A stretch of DNA of 63,560 nucleotides, filler included. It is 7 parts of 7 records of this genome, joined end to end, with 100 filler letters (N's around TTAATTAATTAA, not from the genome) between each part and the next. Parts side by side here need not be neighbours in the genome. Positions count along the whole stretch, not along the records: positions 1 to 21,052 come from DRR723986_18348; 6 more parts are not named here. One strand, 5' to 3'. Positions 10,166 to 20,168 of this stretch are shown here, piece after piece. The notes beneath the pieces were generated by a model. That model searched no databases. It saw only the letters and a list, made by a program, of their open reading frames with translations, and was not told where the DNA came from. The first letter of the stretch is position 1, and each line of letters starts with the position of its first letter. Made by a program: the position numbers and the translations under genes.

Positions 10166-10777
10166 ATGCGATCAACCAAGATAGCAGCAATTTCTATGTT
10201 GACTGCGGCAATCACCCTGTACTTGCCCTTACGGTTTTCAAAGGCAGATGTGATTTTGACCGTTGACCTCTCGAATACTTCGGCCGTTGTCTTTACTGCG
10301 ACAGATGCAGTTTCAGCGGCTTCCTTTTTGAACGCAGACAATAGTATTGATGGGATTACCTTAGATGGTTTTTTTGATGGGAACCTAGCTACACGTGGAT
10401 CGCTTGCGACAACAGGAACCATAAACGTGCTTAGCACCACGAATTCCACGGCGCGAGCTGGACTGGGCACCATCTTTGTTGATAACTTCAATCCTGGCGG
10501 GTGGACGACTAATGACTTGAATATTTACGATCTCAACAACAGTTTTACTTCCACTTTCCGCAACACGAGTCCAGCGCTGACGGGGACCACTACAGCAAAT
10601 CTATCTCCCTTTTCAGGATTTCGAAGTGTTGGATACGTCGGCAATATCTTTGCTGGTGACCCAGATGATAATAGGGTGATCGGTCAGTTCGCTGTTGTTC
10701 CAGAACCATCCGCGTTTTTTCTACTTGCGGTTGGTACTGCAGGTTTCGCAACCTGTCGTCGCCGAAAGATCCGATAG
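10166..10777 (+). CDS. PEP-CTERM sorting-domain surface protein
   Basis: Signal peptide (..FSKA|D) and C-terminal VPEPSAFFLLAVGTAGFATCRRRKIR. Confidence 0.92.
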   Translation: MRSTKIAAISMLTAAITLYLPLRFSKADVILTVDLSNTSAVVFTATDAVSAASFLNADNSIDGITLDGFFDGNLATRGSLATTGTINVLSTTNSTARAGLGTIFVDNFNPGGWTTNDLNIYDLNNSFTSTFRNTSPALTGTTTANLSPFSGFRSVGYVGNIFAGDPDDNRVIGQFAVVPEPSAFFLLAVGTAGFATCRRRKIR

Positions 10778-11001
10778 CCGCAGCAGCATTTGGCGGACAC
10801 GTGAGCCCTGGCGAATTAGACCACCCCAGACCGAGCGTTGAGCGAAAGCGAACAATTCGCCCAGTAATTCGACGTTTTTGATTCAGCCGTCGCCAAGTCA
10901 GCTCTGTTTGGGTCAAGAGAGCTTTCCAGCCAGTCGCTGCAAGACTTTGTTCCGCTGGTAGGTTTCACCCTCGCACGAATGACCGATCGTCAAGATTCAC
11001 C

Positions 11002-11126
11002 GGTGGTTTTCACCTGACGTTTACCCACAAGTCATATTCGCGCTGTGCCAGCAGTACCGGCTTTAGCCAGATTTCCGCCTAAAGGCGGTACAACAAACAA
11101 GTGCATCGGATCAACCAAACCAGCTT
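11002..11126. repeat. Composite REP-type repeat, copy A
   Basis: GGTGGTTTTCACCTGACGT..CCACAAGTCATA..AGTACCGGCTTTAGCC..TTCCGCCTAAAGGCGGTACAACAAACAAG..CAAACCAGCTT, similar to 12158-12306. Confidence 0.85.
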
Positions 11127-11435
11127 GGGGAATCGGGGTGATGGTTTCCACCCCCGTTCGTTGGCGGATCCACGAGTCTCCTCGCCTCAAAACTCTGCTT
11201 GGCATCGCGCCCCAAGCGTCTCTTACCTCCGCTGGCTTCTACCCCGGGACACAAGCCCCAACACCCCAAAGTAGGGACTCAAGCGTGCTGCCAGGCAACA
11301 ACCTTTGTTTTTTTACAAAAGAGTTGTTAGATCTGAAATCTTCAGGCGTTTTACAGGTGCCAGCAGTCGATCTCGCTCAATGGACCGATCCAGAGCACTG
11401 GCATTCCTTTATCCCTAACACTGAGGATTCATACC

Positions 11436-12050
11436 ATGTTAAAGCACCTGCGGTTCATTAGAACCTTCACGATTTGCACAATAGCGATCGCATCAATGTG
11501 CTCCACCGCCCGTGCGGACATCATTTTCTCGCGGGAATTCAACGATGTCGTCGCGACCATCAACGCCCCAATTAGCTTGACCGTTACCGGTGCGTCGATC
11601 AGTATTTTTAATGACCTTTGGACGGTTCGGTTTGAAAACGCATCAAACGCTAATGAAGGTTTCAATTTCGACTTGGGCGGTACATCAACCATTACGTTGG
11701 ACGGGGTTACGTCTGGAAACCCCTCAAATGTTGGCTCAGTAGGAGGCAGTTCGGTTGCGTCGATTGGAACTAAGGATGTTTTTGCCCAGTATCGATTTAC
11801 CGATAGGATTCTTGTCGGTAATGGAAGTAAGTTCACGCTGAACCCAGGAACAATCCGCTTTAGGGGTGACGGCTCCCACGTAGGCGATCTCGTCTCTCCG
11901 TTTACGGGCCGAGTGTTCCTTGCAGACGGCGCTGGAGGCCAATTCGGTAGCAGTTTTGGTAGTGCAGCCGCAGTTCCAGAGCCAACATCAGCGGCACTCC
12001 TGGGCATCGCCGGAATCAGTGTCTTGCTCCGCAGACGACGCAGCAGCTAG
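11436..12050 (+). CDS. PEP-CTERM sorting-domain surface protein
   Basis: Signal peptide (..STARA|D) and C-terminal VPEPTSAALLGIAGISVLLRRRRSS. Confidence 0.92.
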   Translation: MLKHLRFIRTFTICTIAIASMCSTARADIIFSREFNDVVATINAPISLTVTGASISIFNDLWTVRFENASNANEGFNFDLGGTSTITLDGVTSGNPSNVGSVGGSSVASIGTKDVFAQYRFTDRILVGNGSKFTLNPGTIRFRGDGSHVGDLVSPFTGRVFLADGAGGQFGSSFGSAAAVPEPTSAALLGIAGISVLLRRRRSS

Positions 12051-12067
12051 AGCGCTGCAAGCCAAGG

Positions 12068-12130
12068 CGATTCGCACGCACAGTGTAGGGTGGGGGAACC
12101 ACACCCAAACGACGCACGTGTATGCTAGGC
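12068..12130. repeat. GTAG-type REP element (GTAGGGTGGGGGAACC-CACC)
   Basis: Near-copy at 16393-16452 (CGATTCGCAC..TGTAGGGTGGGGGAACC..AAACGACGC..GCTAGG). Confidence 0.8.
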
Positions 12131-12157
12131 CGCAACTGTAAGCCAGAAATACTCATT

Positions 12158-12306
12158 GGTGGGTTTCACCTGACGTCTCCCCACAAGTCATAGGCACGCG
12201 GTGTTCGTAGTACCGGCTTTAGCCGGAATTGGACCCGAATTCCGCCTAAAGCCGGTACTACAAACAAGCGCTTCTGATCGCCTGAAGGCGTACCACAAAC
12301 CAGCTT
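12158..12306. repeat. Composite REP-type repeat, copy B, containing a perfect 16-bp inverted repeat
   Basis: GTAGTACCGGCTTTAG (12207-12222) and CTAAAGCCGGTACTAC (12246-12261); similar to 11002-11126. Confidence 0.88.
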
Positions 12307-12354
12307 CTAACGAGCTCCCAACAACTGGCCGTTGAAATTCAACGTGGCGCGTGA

Positions 12355-15240
12355 CTAAGGCTGAGCAGTTTGGCTCTTTTCAACAAGGGGCGCCTGAATG
12401 TCGGCGAGTTCCTTGCCGATCTGAGACAACCTCTCTTTGCACAATTGATTACCAGGGCTGAGAACACACTGTTTCTCCGCAAAACCGTACGCCATGCGAT
12501 AGGCTGCTGCGGCGGCTTCCGCGTTATTGAGGAAACGTAGCTCAAGATACCCAAGGTCGTAGAAGAGCGTCGTCATCTGGTTCAGGACTCGATGATCTTG
12601 CGGCGCATCAATGTGTGCCTGCTCAAGCAACTCAATAGCTTCTCGCAGTAGTTCTCTCGCTTGCTCAAGCGTCCCGAGACGGCGGGCGAGATAGGCGCGT
12701 TGCCGATAAACGGAAACTAAAACCAAAGTGGAATGCTCAACAAAGTCGCGAGGCGTACAAAGTGATTCGCCAATTTCACTGGCCTCTTGCCAAGCCTCAA
12801 GCGCTGCAGCATCGTCGCCCAGTTGCTCCTTTAGATCGCCCAGCCGCAAGTGACTGAAGAACAGTGATCGAACCGCCGTCCAGTCTCGCCCACTTGGAAT
12901 TGCCTTGACGACATCCATGGGAAGCCACTTCGCGATCGTGGACTGCACCGAAGCGTTCCAATCGAATTCGTGACTTATACTTTGCGCAATCGCACAAGCT
13001 TTGAGGCGTTCTTGTACGGCAGCTTCGTAGTCCTGCTGCCCGGCAAAAGCAAAGTCAAGTGATTTGTGAACGTTGTAAAGTCGATGCTTAAAGTCCAAGC
13101 CGAGTTGGTCATCGTCGACAAATTTAGCGATTCGCGTCGCCAAGTCATTCAGCATTGCGATCCCATCGCCAACTTTCCCCTGCTCGATTTCAAATTCGGC
13201 CAGGGCTTGTTCGATTTCAACCAACTCAAGCTGGGCAGGCACGTCATTCGGATCCAGAGCGACGAGCTGGAGTGCAATCTCGCGTGCTCGACGCAACATT
13301 CGAATCGCTAGCCGATCGGCAGGGCCAGAACTTTCGGTCAAGCCACCGCTTGCCATGTCTTGCCAATTTTCGTCTTGCCAATCACCAACCCTGAGATTCG
13401 CCTCAACGTACTCGCCCGCCCCAGAAGCATGAATAAGTTCTCCCATCTTCCGAAAGGCGATGGCCGACTGAAGCTCGACCTGGCTATTGTCCAGAATCTC
13501 GCTGACGTTCGTTCGCAGCTCATTGAGCGCGATGGTTAACAGCCGCTGCCGAAGCTCAGAACTTCCAGGTTGGCGTTGCAGTTGGTCAGTGACACTTTCG
13601 ACAACAGTGACGAGCGTGCCCAGTGCAATACGGCTCTGCTCTTCGGCGATCTGCTGACTTTCCGCTGCACGCTTTGCGGCCTTTTCAGCCTGCAGGGCAT
13701 TCCGCTGCGATGCTTCCCGAGCGGAGGTCTCGCGCCGGTTTGCTGCAGCCAGAGTGCCGGCAACACCGATCGACGCAATTGTTATTCCGAGCAAAACCAT
13801 GACGGCCGCAGCGATAGCCACTGCCGTCGCGGGGCGTTTCTCACTCCAACGAATCGCCTTAGCCCATAAATTCGGCTGGCGAGCCCGGACTGCTTTGCCG
13901 TTGAGGTAAAGTGATAGGTCATCAGCAAATTCGGCCGCCGATTGGTACCGATCCTGCGGTCGCCGCGCAATCGCTTTCAAGCAGATGTTCTCAGCCGCTG
14001 GGTCGATTGATTCATTGAGCAACATAGGGCGTCGTGGCTCAGCGTTGACAGCCTGCCACAGGATCATCCGTACTGAGCCCTCGTAGGGCAGAACGCCGGT
14101 CAACAGTTTGTACATGACGCAGCCGAGCGAATATACGTCGCTACGTTGGTCAACCTGGTCAGGGTTCTGAATCTGTTCCGGGCTGATGTACGACGGAGTA
14201 CCCAGGAGGTGCTCGGTCCCGGTCAAGCTACCTTGTGCATCTTCATCGCGAACCAATCCAAGGTCACCGATTACGATGCGAGGAGTCCCATCAGCATTCT
14301 CGTCCAGCAGTAGGTTCTGCGGTTTGATATCGCGGTGAATCAGGCCGTTTTCATGAAGGGCAGACAATCCATGGGCCGCTTCGACGAGAAGCCCAAGATG
14401 CAATTTCGCGTCGTCTCGATTGCCGTCTGCGAGTACGTTGTCGAAAGTCCGTTCACTCAACAGTTCCATCACCAAGACGGCGGGTTGAGTTTCGCCGGCG
14501 ATGAAATCATGGACCCGCACGACGGCAGGATGCAAAACCTTTGCCGCCGCGGCAGCCTCACGCTTCATTCGCGTGACCGCTCGCTCGCTGCTTACCAACC
14601 ATGGATGCATTATTTTCAAGGCAACCGATTGGTTTTCGACCGTATCCCAGCCTTCGTAGAGTGTACCCGAGGTGCCTTTAGCAATCTCACGGACAACCTT
14701 GTAGCGACCAATTCGTTTCTTTTGCGTCGGCTGTTCAGGAAGCGTTTCAGGCTGAATTACCTGCGGATAAACGTCGTCTGCTCGCGTCGCCTCGGCATCG
14801 GAACCCGTTGGATTAGACGCATCTGAATTGGGCGACTCAGCGCGAGAATCATCGGCATTTGAGGCTTGATTGTCAGAGCTTTGCTTGTCCTCGACTTCAA
14901 ACTCAGTTTTTGTTTCGCTGTTAGTACGATTCGTCAAGCCAGAGAGTGTGCCGTCTACTTGAGCTTGCTGGATTCGATCCATGGTGCTTAGTAGCCCGGG
15001 CGTCGGCATCGCCCTCTTTAAGCTTGGTAAGGCCGTTAGCGCCTCGAGTTGCTTCTGGCAGGTGGCGCAGATGCAAATGTGCTTTTCGAGTTCGCACGAA
15101 TCTGCCTTTGGCAATTGATCATTCAAATACCGCTGCAGGTAGTTTGCTGGTGGGCAAGTCCTTGGAGACTGCATGTAGGTGATCCGCGCAGATTCCGGCA
15201 TATTCCTCGACGTTCTACCTAACGAATGAAAATCCGACAT
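12355..15240 (-). CDS. Membrane Ser/Thr protein kinase with N-terminal HxxxCxxC motif and C-terminal TPR-like helices
   Basis: KHICICATCQ, VALKIM, HRDIKPQN, GDLGL, GTPSYISPEQ, SDVYSLG, TM AVAIAAAVMVLLGITIASIGVA. Confidence 0.93.
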   Translation of the reverse strand: MSDFHSLGRTSRNMPESARITYMQSPRTCPPANYLQRYLNDQLPKADSCELEKHICICATCQKQLEALTALPSLKRAMPTPGLLSTMDRIQQAQVDGTLSGLTNRTNSETKTEFEVEDKQSSDNQASNADDSRAESPNSDASNPTGSDAEATRADDVYPQVIQPETLPEQPTQKKRIGRYKVVREIAKGTSGTLYEGWDTVENQSVALKIMHPWLVSSERAVTRMKREAAAAAKVLHPAVVRVHDFIAGETQPAVLVMELLSERTFDNVLADGNRDDAKLHLGLLVEAAHGLSALHENGLIHRDIKPQNLLLDENADGTPRIVIGDLGLVRDEDAQGSLTGTEHLLGTPSYISPEQIQNPDQVDQRSDVYSLGCVMYKLLTGVLPYEGSVRMILWQAVNAEPRRPMLLNESIDPAAENICLKAIARRPQDRYQSAAEFADDLSLYLNGKAVRARQPNLWAKAIRWSEKRPATAVAIAAAVMVLLGITIASIGVAGTLAAANRRETSAREASQRNALQAEKAAKRAAESQQIAEEQSRIALGTLVTVVESVTDQLQRQPGSSELRQRLLTIALNELRTNVSEILDNSQVELQSAIAFRKMGELIHASGAGEYVEANLRVGDWQDENWQDMASGGLTESSGPADRLAIRMLRRAREIALQLVALDPNDVPAQLELVEIEQALAEFEIEQGKVGDGIAMLNDLATRIAKFVDDDQLGLDFKHRLYNVHKSLDFAFAGQQDYEAAVQERLKACAIAQSISHEFDWNASVQSTIAKWLPMDVVKAIPSGRDWTAVRSLFFSHLRLGDLKEQLGDDAAALEAWQEASEIGESLCTPRDFVEHSTLVLVSVYRQRAYLARRLGTLEQARELLREAIELLEQAHIDAPQDHRVLNQMTTLFYDLGYLELRFLNNAEAAAAAYRMAYGFAEKQCVLSPGNQLCKERLSQIGKELADIQAPLVEKSQTAQP

Positions 15241-15359
15241 CTAACGCCATGTTCGGAAGAAACGACCGAAAAAAACTTCATCGCAATGTGACGTCCCATG
15301 GCCCCGACGTTACCCGCCCGGCAGCAGAAAGCTTGATTGCAGCAGCCGACTCGTCTGCG

Positions 15360-15959
15360 TTACAACAGCCGGTCGTCTAGCTTGGCCAGTTCGTCTACGA
15401 TCGTTCGCATCCGAGATAGCACCCGATTCTTGAGAACGTAGACATGAGCAAGAGTGATGCCCATTTGCTGAGCAACGTCCGCTGGCGTTTCGTGGAGCAA
15501 TGCCGTTCGCTCAAACGCGGCCCAGGATTTCGGCTGAACTTGGATTTCGACGAGCTCCAGTGCATGCTCGAAGAGCTCTTTCTGGTACTCAGATTCAATA
15601 GCCTGCTCTAACGAATTCTCATCCGCATGGACTTCGAGTTCTGCCAGGACTTCTCGGTACCGGTTGCCGCGTCGAAACCAATCCAAAGCTGCGTTAGTAA
15701 CGACCGTTTTCAACCAAGCACGGAACCGCCCCTTTTCGGCAGAGTACTGGCTATTGCCAAGCGAATCGAAGAGCTTCAGCATGACATTCTGGACAACGTC
15801 GCAGGCATCAGACTCACTAACACCCTTGCTACGAACCCAGCCATGGATTGCTGGCGAGTACCGGGTGACAAACTGCTCCCACGCGAACGCATCCTGACGG
15901 GCCAATCCTGCCAGTAGAGTTGGCGAAGTATTGCTTTTCTGTTTTAAGATCTGCAGCAT
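15360..15959 (-). CDS. ECF sigma factor (planctomycete kinase-associated type)
   Basis: NTSPTLL, AWEQFVTRYSP, DACDVVQNV, GRFRAWLKTVVTN, HTH TPADVAQQMGITLAHVYVLKNRV; start placed at ATG 15959. Confidence 0.92.
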   Translation of the reverse strand: MLQILKQKSNTSPTLLAGLARQDAFAWEQFVTRYSPAIHGWVRSKGVSESDACDVVQNVMLKLFDSLGNSQYSAEKGRFRAWLKTVVTNAALDWFRRGNRYREVLAELEVHADENSLEQAIESEYQKELFEHALELVEIQVQPKSWAAFERTALLHETPADVAQQMGITLAHVYVLKNRVLSRMRTIVDELAKLDDRLL

Positions 15960-16272
15960 GATACCCAACAAACAAACCCAGCTATATTGCAGGGCTAAAT
16001 CGTGTTTTGTATCCGTCGGGCAAAACGGGTTGTGATAGGTGCACGGACAGGGCCGCAACCGATTTCAACTATTCGAGTTTAATTCCGCAACACACTACTC
16101 CGATGCGTTCTTGCTCCAATCGTTCCCTAAAGCAGATTGAAGCAACCGATTTCTATGCTCAAAGATATTCAACACAGTCCAAACACTGAACCGCCGACCC
16201 CCGAAGTGACTAGCAAGGTGCTTTCTACTTAGTTGATCCCACAACTCTGCCAGGCAATCCAAAGACGGCAGC

Positions 16273-16337
16273 CACAATCGTGCAATGAGCGAAAGTGAAC
16301 ACCTGCCCAGCCTCGCTCGCAGCGCAGCAAGTCTTAG
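16273..16337 (+). repeat. Degenerate, internally deleted copy of the 3' end of the hybrid kinase gene
   Basis: 16273-16316 matches 9691-9734 (40/44) and 16317-16337 matches 9808-9828 (19/21). Confidence 0.88.
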
Positions 16338-16341
16338 TTCT

Positions 16342-16452
16342 GCTGGTGGGTTTCACCCACCCTACAAAACCCTCGATCGTCGGCATCACCACCGATTCGC
16401 ACAAATTGTAGGGTGGGGGAACCCCACCAAAACGACGCCCCCTTACGCTAGG
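16342..16452. repeat. Inverted pair of GTAG-type REPs
   Basis: GGTGGGTTTCACCCACCCTACA followed by TGTAGGGTGGGGGAACCCCACC. Confidence 0.85.
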
Positions 16453-16598
16453 AATCTTACTGGCGGTCGATTCGTCGCAAGCGGCAAACGCCTGTCCCTG
16501 TTCGCGCTAGGATCGGAAATGAATAGACTGTCGTCAGGATAATTTGACAGTCCTCCTGCTCATTAGACCTCTACTCTTTAACGCCCAGTGGTACCGAC

Positions 16599-17954
16599 AT
16601 GTCAGAACCAATCATTAGTGTCAGTGGACTTCGTGGAACGATTGGCGACCAGTTGACTCCGGTTGTTGCCAGCAATTACGTCGCTGCCTGGGCTTCGACG
16701 CTACCAAAGGGCAAAGTGGTCATTGGTCGCGATGGCCGAGAGAGTGGGAAACTACTCGCCCAAGCGGTTGCGGCAACCTTGGCCGCCCACGGTCTGAAGG
16801 CGGTTCACTTGGACGTGGCCGCTACGCCGACAGTAGGCGTTGCAGTTCGAACGCTCGGCGCGGTCGCTGGAGTTCAGATTTCGGCCAGCCATAATCCGAA
16901 GCAATACAATGGCCTAAAACTGTTCGGTAGTGAGGGCCGCGTGCTCCCGAAGACGGAAGGCGAGGGCGTCTTGGCGGCCTACCGCGCTGGGACGACACAG
17001 TGGTCGAGCGTCGATGACCTTGGCTCGATCATTATCGAAGACGATCCGCACGCTGCACATTTGGATTTGGTACTGAAGACTGTCGATGTTGATGCTATTC
17101 GGGCTAAGTCATTCAAAGTGCTGCTCGACAGCAACCGCGGCGCAGGCAGTATCCTTGGGCGTCGCTTGCTAGAGGCCCTTGGTTGTACTGTAGAGATTCT
17201 GGGGGAGACTCCCGACGGTCAGTTCGAACACACTCCTGAACCAACTGCTGAGAACTTAGTTGGCGTCCGCAAACAAGTAACGAGCGCTTCGGCTGCCGTC
17301 GGATTCTGCCAAGACCCTGACGCGGACCGCTTGGCGGTTATCGACGAAAAAGGCCGCTACATTGGCGAAGAACTAACGCTCGCCCTGTGCCTGCAGCAAG
17401 CTTTGCCGAAACTGACCGGAGGAGGGCAGGGGACCGTAGTCACCAACTGTGCAACCAGCAGTGTATCGAAGGCCGTCACCGAGCAACTCGGCTGCACACC
17501 GCTCCAGTCAGCCGTTGGGGAAGCGAATGTTTGCGACCTGATGATTGCAGAGAAGGCCGTCTTCGGCGGTGAAGGCAACGGCGGGCCAATTGACCCGGCC
17601 GTGGGCTACGTTCGCGATAGCTTCGTCGGCATGGCTCGCATTCTGGACTTGCTTGCTAGCGACGGAGGGCCGCTCAGTAAGATTGTCGACGGTCTTCCCA
17701 AGTACGCGATGCACAAAGACAAGATCGACTTGGATACCGAGAAGCTTCCAGCTCTGATCGATGCGATCAAATCCGCAATGCCAGAGGCGAAGGCATCGAT
17801 GCCAGATGGACTAAAACTGCAATGGCCAGACAGTTGGCTACTTGTCCGCGGCAGCAATACTGAGCCAATCGTTCGCCTGATCGCAGAAGCCCCAACGCTA
17901 GCCGCCGCCCAAGACATCTGCGCCCACGGCATCGAGATTTCAAAGCAGCTCTAG
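16599..17954 (+). CDS. glmM: Phosphoglucosamine mutase / phosphohexomutase
   Basis: SVSGLRG, ISASHNP phosphoserine loop, DPDADR metal loop, GGEGNGG, VRGSNTEP. Confidence 0.85.
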   Translation: MSEPIISVSGLRGTIGDQLTPVVASNYVAAWASTLPKGKVVIGRDGRESGKLLAQAVAATLAAHGLKAVHLDVAATPTVGVAVRTLGAVAGVQISASHNPKQYNGLKLFGSEGRVLPKTEGEGVLAAYRAGTTQWSSVDDLGSIIIEDDPHAAHLDLVLKTVDVDAIRAKSFKVLLDSNRGAGSILGRRLLEALGCTVEILGETPDGQFEHTPEPTAENLVGVRKQVTSASAAVGFCQDPDADRLAVIDEKGRYIGEELTLALCLQQALPKLTGGGQGTVVTNCATSSVSKAVTEQLGCTPLQSAVGEANVCDLMIAEKAVFGGEGNGGPIDPAVGYVRDSFVGMARILDLLASDGGPLSKIVDGLPKYAMHKDKIDLDTEKLPALIDAIKSAMPEAKASMPDGLKLQWPDSWLLVRGSNTEPIVRLIAEAPTLAAAQDICAHGIEISKQL

Positions 17955-17966
17955 CCCGTCGACTGG

Positions 17967-19688
17967 CTACATAATCGAGAAGTAATTATCGCAAGCGAAG
18001 TCCACGTATTCAGTCTTCAATTCCATTGGGGCGTCGTGGTACAAGCAGTAGTTCTTAACCTGCAACAGCAAGTCGCGGGGATGACAGTTTCGAAACGGTC
18101 TATCAGTTGGCTTGTAATGCGTGTCGATAAGATACTGGACCACGTCGCCATCGTGAGGAATGCCGACGATGGGGCACATGATCTCGAACAGCTTGCGAAA
18201 CGCTGCTTCGGATGGATTCTCAACTTCAATCTTGTAGGGAATCCGTCGCAGGAACGCGTCGTCGACCAAGTCCTTGGGCTGAAGGTTGGTTGAGAAGACA
18301 ACCAATTGGTCAAACGGAACCTGCGTTTTCTTTCCGCTCGACATGTTTAGGAAGTCGTAACGCTTTTCTAGAGGTACGATCCAACGGTTGAGCAACTCGT
18401 CCACTCGCATTTTTTGACGACCAAAGTCATCGATGACGAGAACGCCGCAGTTGCTTTTCATTTGCAGCGGCGATTCTGCGATCTTGGTGAATTGATCCGT
18501 CTGGACTTCCAACATTTCCATCGTCAGTTCACCACCGGCGATGATGGTTGGTCGCTTGATTTTGATCCACCGCTCATCAACGTCCGCATGGTTGAGCAGC
18601 CCCTGTTGTTCATCACGAGGGGCAGGGGTGTGCATCAGTGGGTCGAAGAGTCGCATGATCTCACCGTCGATCAGCACCGACCGCGGGATCCAGATATACT
18701 TACCAAACGCAGCCGTGATACGTTCAGCGATACTCGTTTTACCATTCCCCGGATAGCCATACAGGAACATCCCGCGTCCGCTATTAACCGCTGGCCCCAG
18801 CTTTCCGAGCATCTTGCGATCGATAAGTAAGTCACGGAAAGCGTGGAGTAGTTGATCGCGCCTAGGATTCTGCCCCTCAACAGACTGATACTTTACGCTT
18901 AGTACGTAATCCTCAAGTGCAACTGGCGCTGCTCCAAAGTATGTCGTTTGGGCCGTATGTTGCTTGGCGCGTAGCCGCCCTTGGTCGGTTAGAACATGGA
19001 TGTAGTCATTGACACTGTTGGCGCCTCGGTATGCCGTCATCTGCTCATATTTGAGCCGGTTTAGCACGGGCTCGATCAACATGAACGGCAACCGCAACTG
19101 GTTCGCAATCAGCTTTCCCGGTGCCTCCCCACGGGTCAGCAAGAATCGCATGATCAGTTGCTCGACCATCGACTCGGTAATCTTGGCTTCCGTAAGGCTG
19201 CGCGGGGTCGTGGGGACAAATGGTTCATCACGCTGCCCAGTTAGCTTTCCAATTCGATCCAGAGCGGCATCGCTGGCCTGCGAACTACCCGGTTGCTTGG
19301 CGGTCGGATTCGATGCTGCTTGATTCGGAGCCGCTGTAGCTGGATTGTTGACGGCTGCGGCTGGTTTTGCGCCAGGACTGCTGCTCTGACCTGATGTCGC
19401 GGGAGGAGTTGATCGCGTGGGAGCAATCGGGCTCGCCGAGTCATTTGCCGACGGAGTTGCGTTTGACGTGTTTCCTGCTGGTGCCGGGGCTGGATTGCTC
19501 AGCGGAACCTCGCCACTTGAAGCCACCTGCGGCGCTGCAACGGCCTGTGGAGCTGAAACCACTGGAGCAACAGGGGCCAAAGGCGATTCTGTGGCCTGTG
19601 GACCACCTGAAATCATGCTACCAATTCGACTCAACAGGTCGTCGAGCTTCGGGTCTTGTTGGTTGTCTTGCGATTCGGTGGTCATCAA
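17967..19688 (-). CDS. P-loop AAA-type ATPase with Pro/Ala-rich N-terminal linker
   Basis: Walker A GYPGNGKT, Walker B LVIDDFG, FSTN sensor, DDAFLRR. Confidence 0.85.
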   Translation of the reverse strand: MMTTESQDNQQDPKLDDLLSRIGSMISGGPQATESPLAPVAPVVSAPQAVAAPQVASSGEVPLSNPAPAPAGNTSNATPSANDSASPIAPTRSTPPATSGQSSSPGAKPAAAVNNPATAAPNQAASNPTAKQPGSSQASDAALDRIGKLTGQRDEPFVPTTPRSLTEAKITESMVEQLIMRFLLTRGEAPGKLIANQLRLPFMLIEPVLNRLKYEQMTAYRGANSVNDYIHVLTDQGRLRAKQHTAQTTYFGAAPVALEDYVLSVKYQSVEGQNPRRDQLLHAFRDLLIDRKMLGKLGPAVNSGRGMFLYGYPGNGKTSIAERITAAFGKYIWIPRSVLIDGEIMRLFDPLMHTPAPRDEQQGLLNHADVDERWIKIKRPTIIAGGELTMEMLEVQTDQFTKIAESPLQMKSNCGVLVIDDFGRQKMRVDELLNRWIVPLEKRYDFLNMSSGKKTQVPFDQLVVFSTNLQPKDLVDDAFLRRIPYKIEVENPSEAAFRKLFEIMCPIVGIPHDGDVVQYLIDTHYKPTDRPFRNCHPRDLLLQVKNYCLYHDAPMELKTEYVDFACDNYFSIM

Positions 19689-20126
19689 GGCATTCCTAAA
19701 TCTTCGTGTTTTCAGCTAGGGGAAGCTGACGGGGCGCAGCGGCAAGGCGTCACGAGTCGTTCTGGCGAGCGAGAAGCGTCACGAATCGTCGCTTCATTAA
19801 TGCAGCTCCACAGATATAGAGGAGCACAGTTCACCATGCATCTCGTTCAATTCTTGCTGCGGAAAGGGTAGGTCACAGAAAGCGGTCGGCAAATCACTTT
19901 TCCGCTGCGACCGTAGAGGCTGCGAAATCTGAACGCAATCGTCGGATTAGATGGAATTAATCAGCCATGCAAACTGAGCAGGCTGCCCGTCGGCCCCCCA
20001 TTCTCGGGTTTAGTCTTCTCTATCAAGTCCAACCGCGAGCAGTATCTGAACAGCTTGGTATTTGGAAATCGTTCAGGAACGAGCTACTCGAGGCCGCTTC
20101 GGTGGACTTGGATGCGAAATAGCCCG

Positions 20127-20154
20127 AGACGGTCTGGATCAAGACGGTCTGGAT
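20127..20154. repeat. Tandem duplication AGACGGTCTGGAT x2, 15-bp period
   Basis: Copies at 20127-20139 and 20142-20154. Confidence 0.75.
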
Positions 20155-20168
20155 ATTGAGACAGACAT

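Noticed and set aside
10950-12306. Repeated palindromes considered as a CRISPR array or integron attC sites
   Set aside because: Irregular spacing, degenerate copies, no cas genes or integrase, GTAG-REP signature
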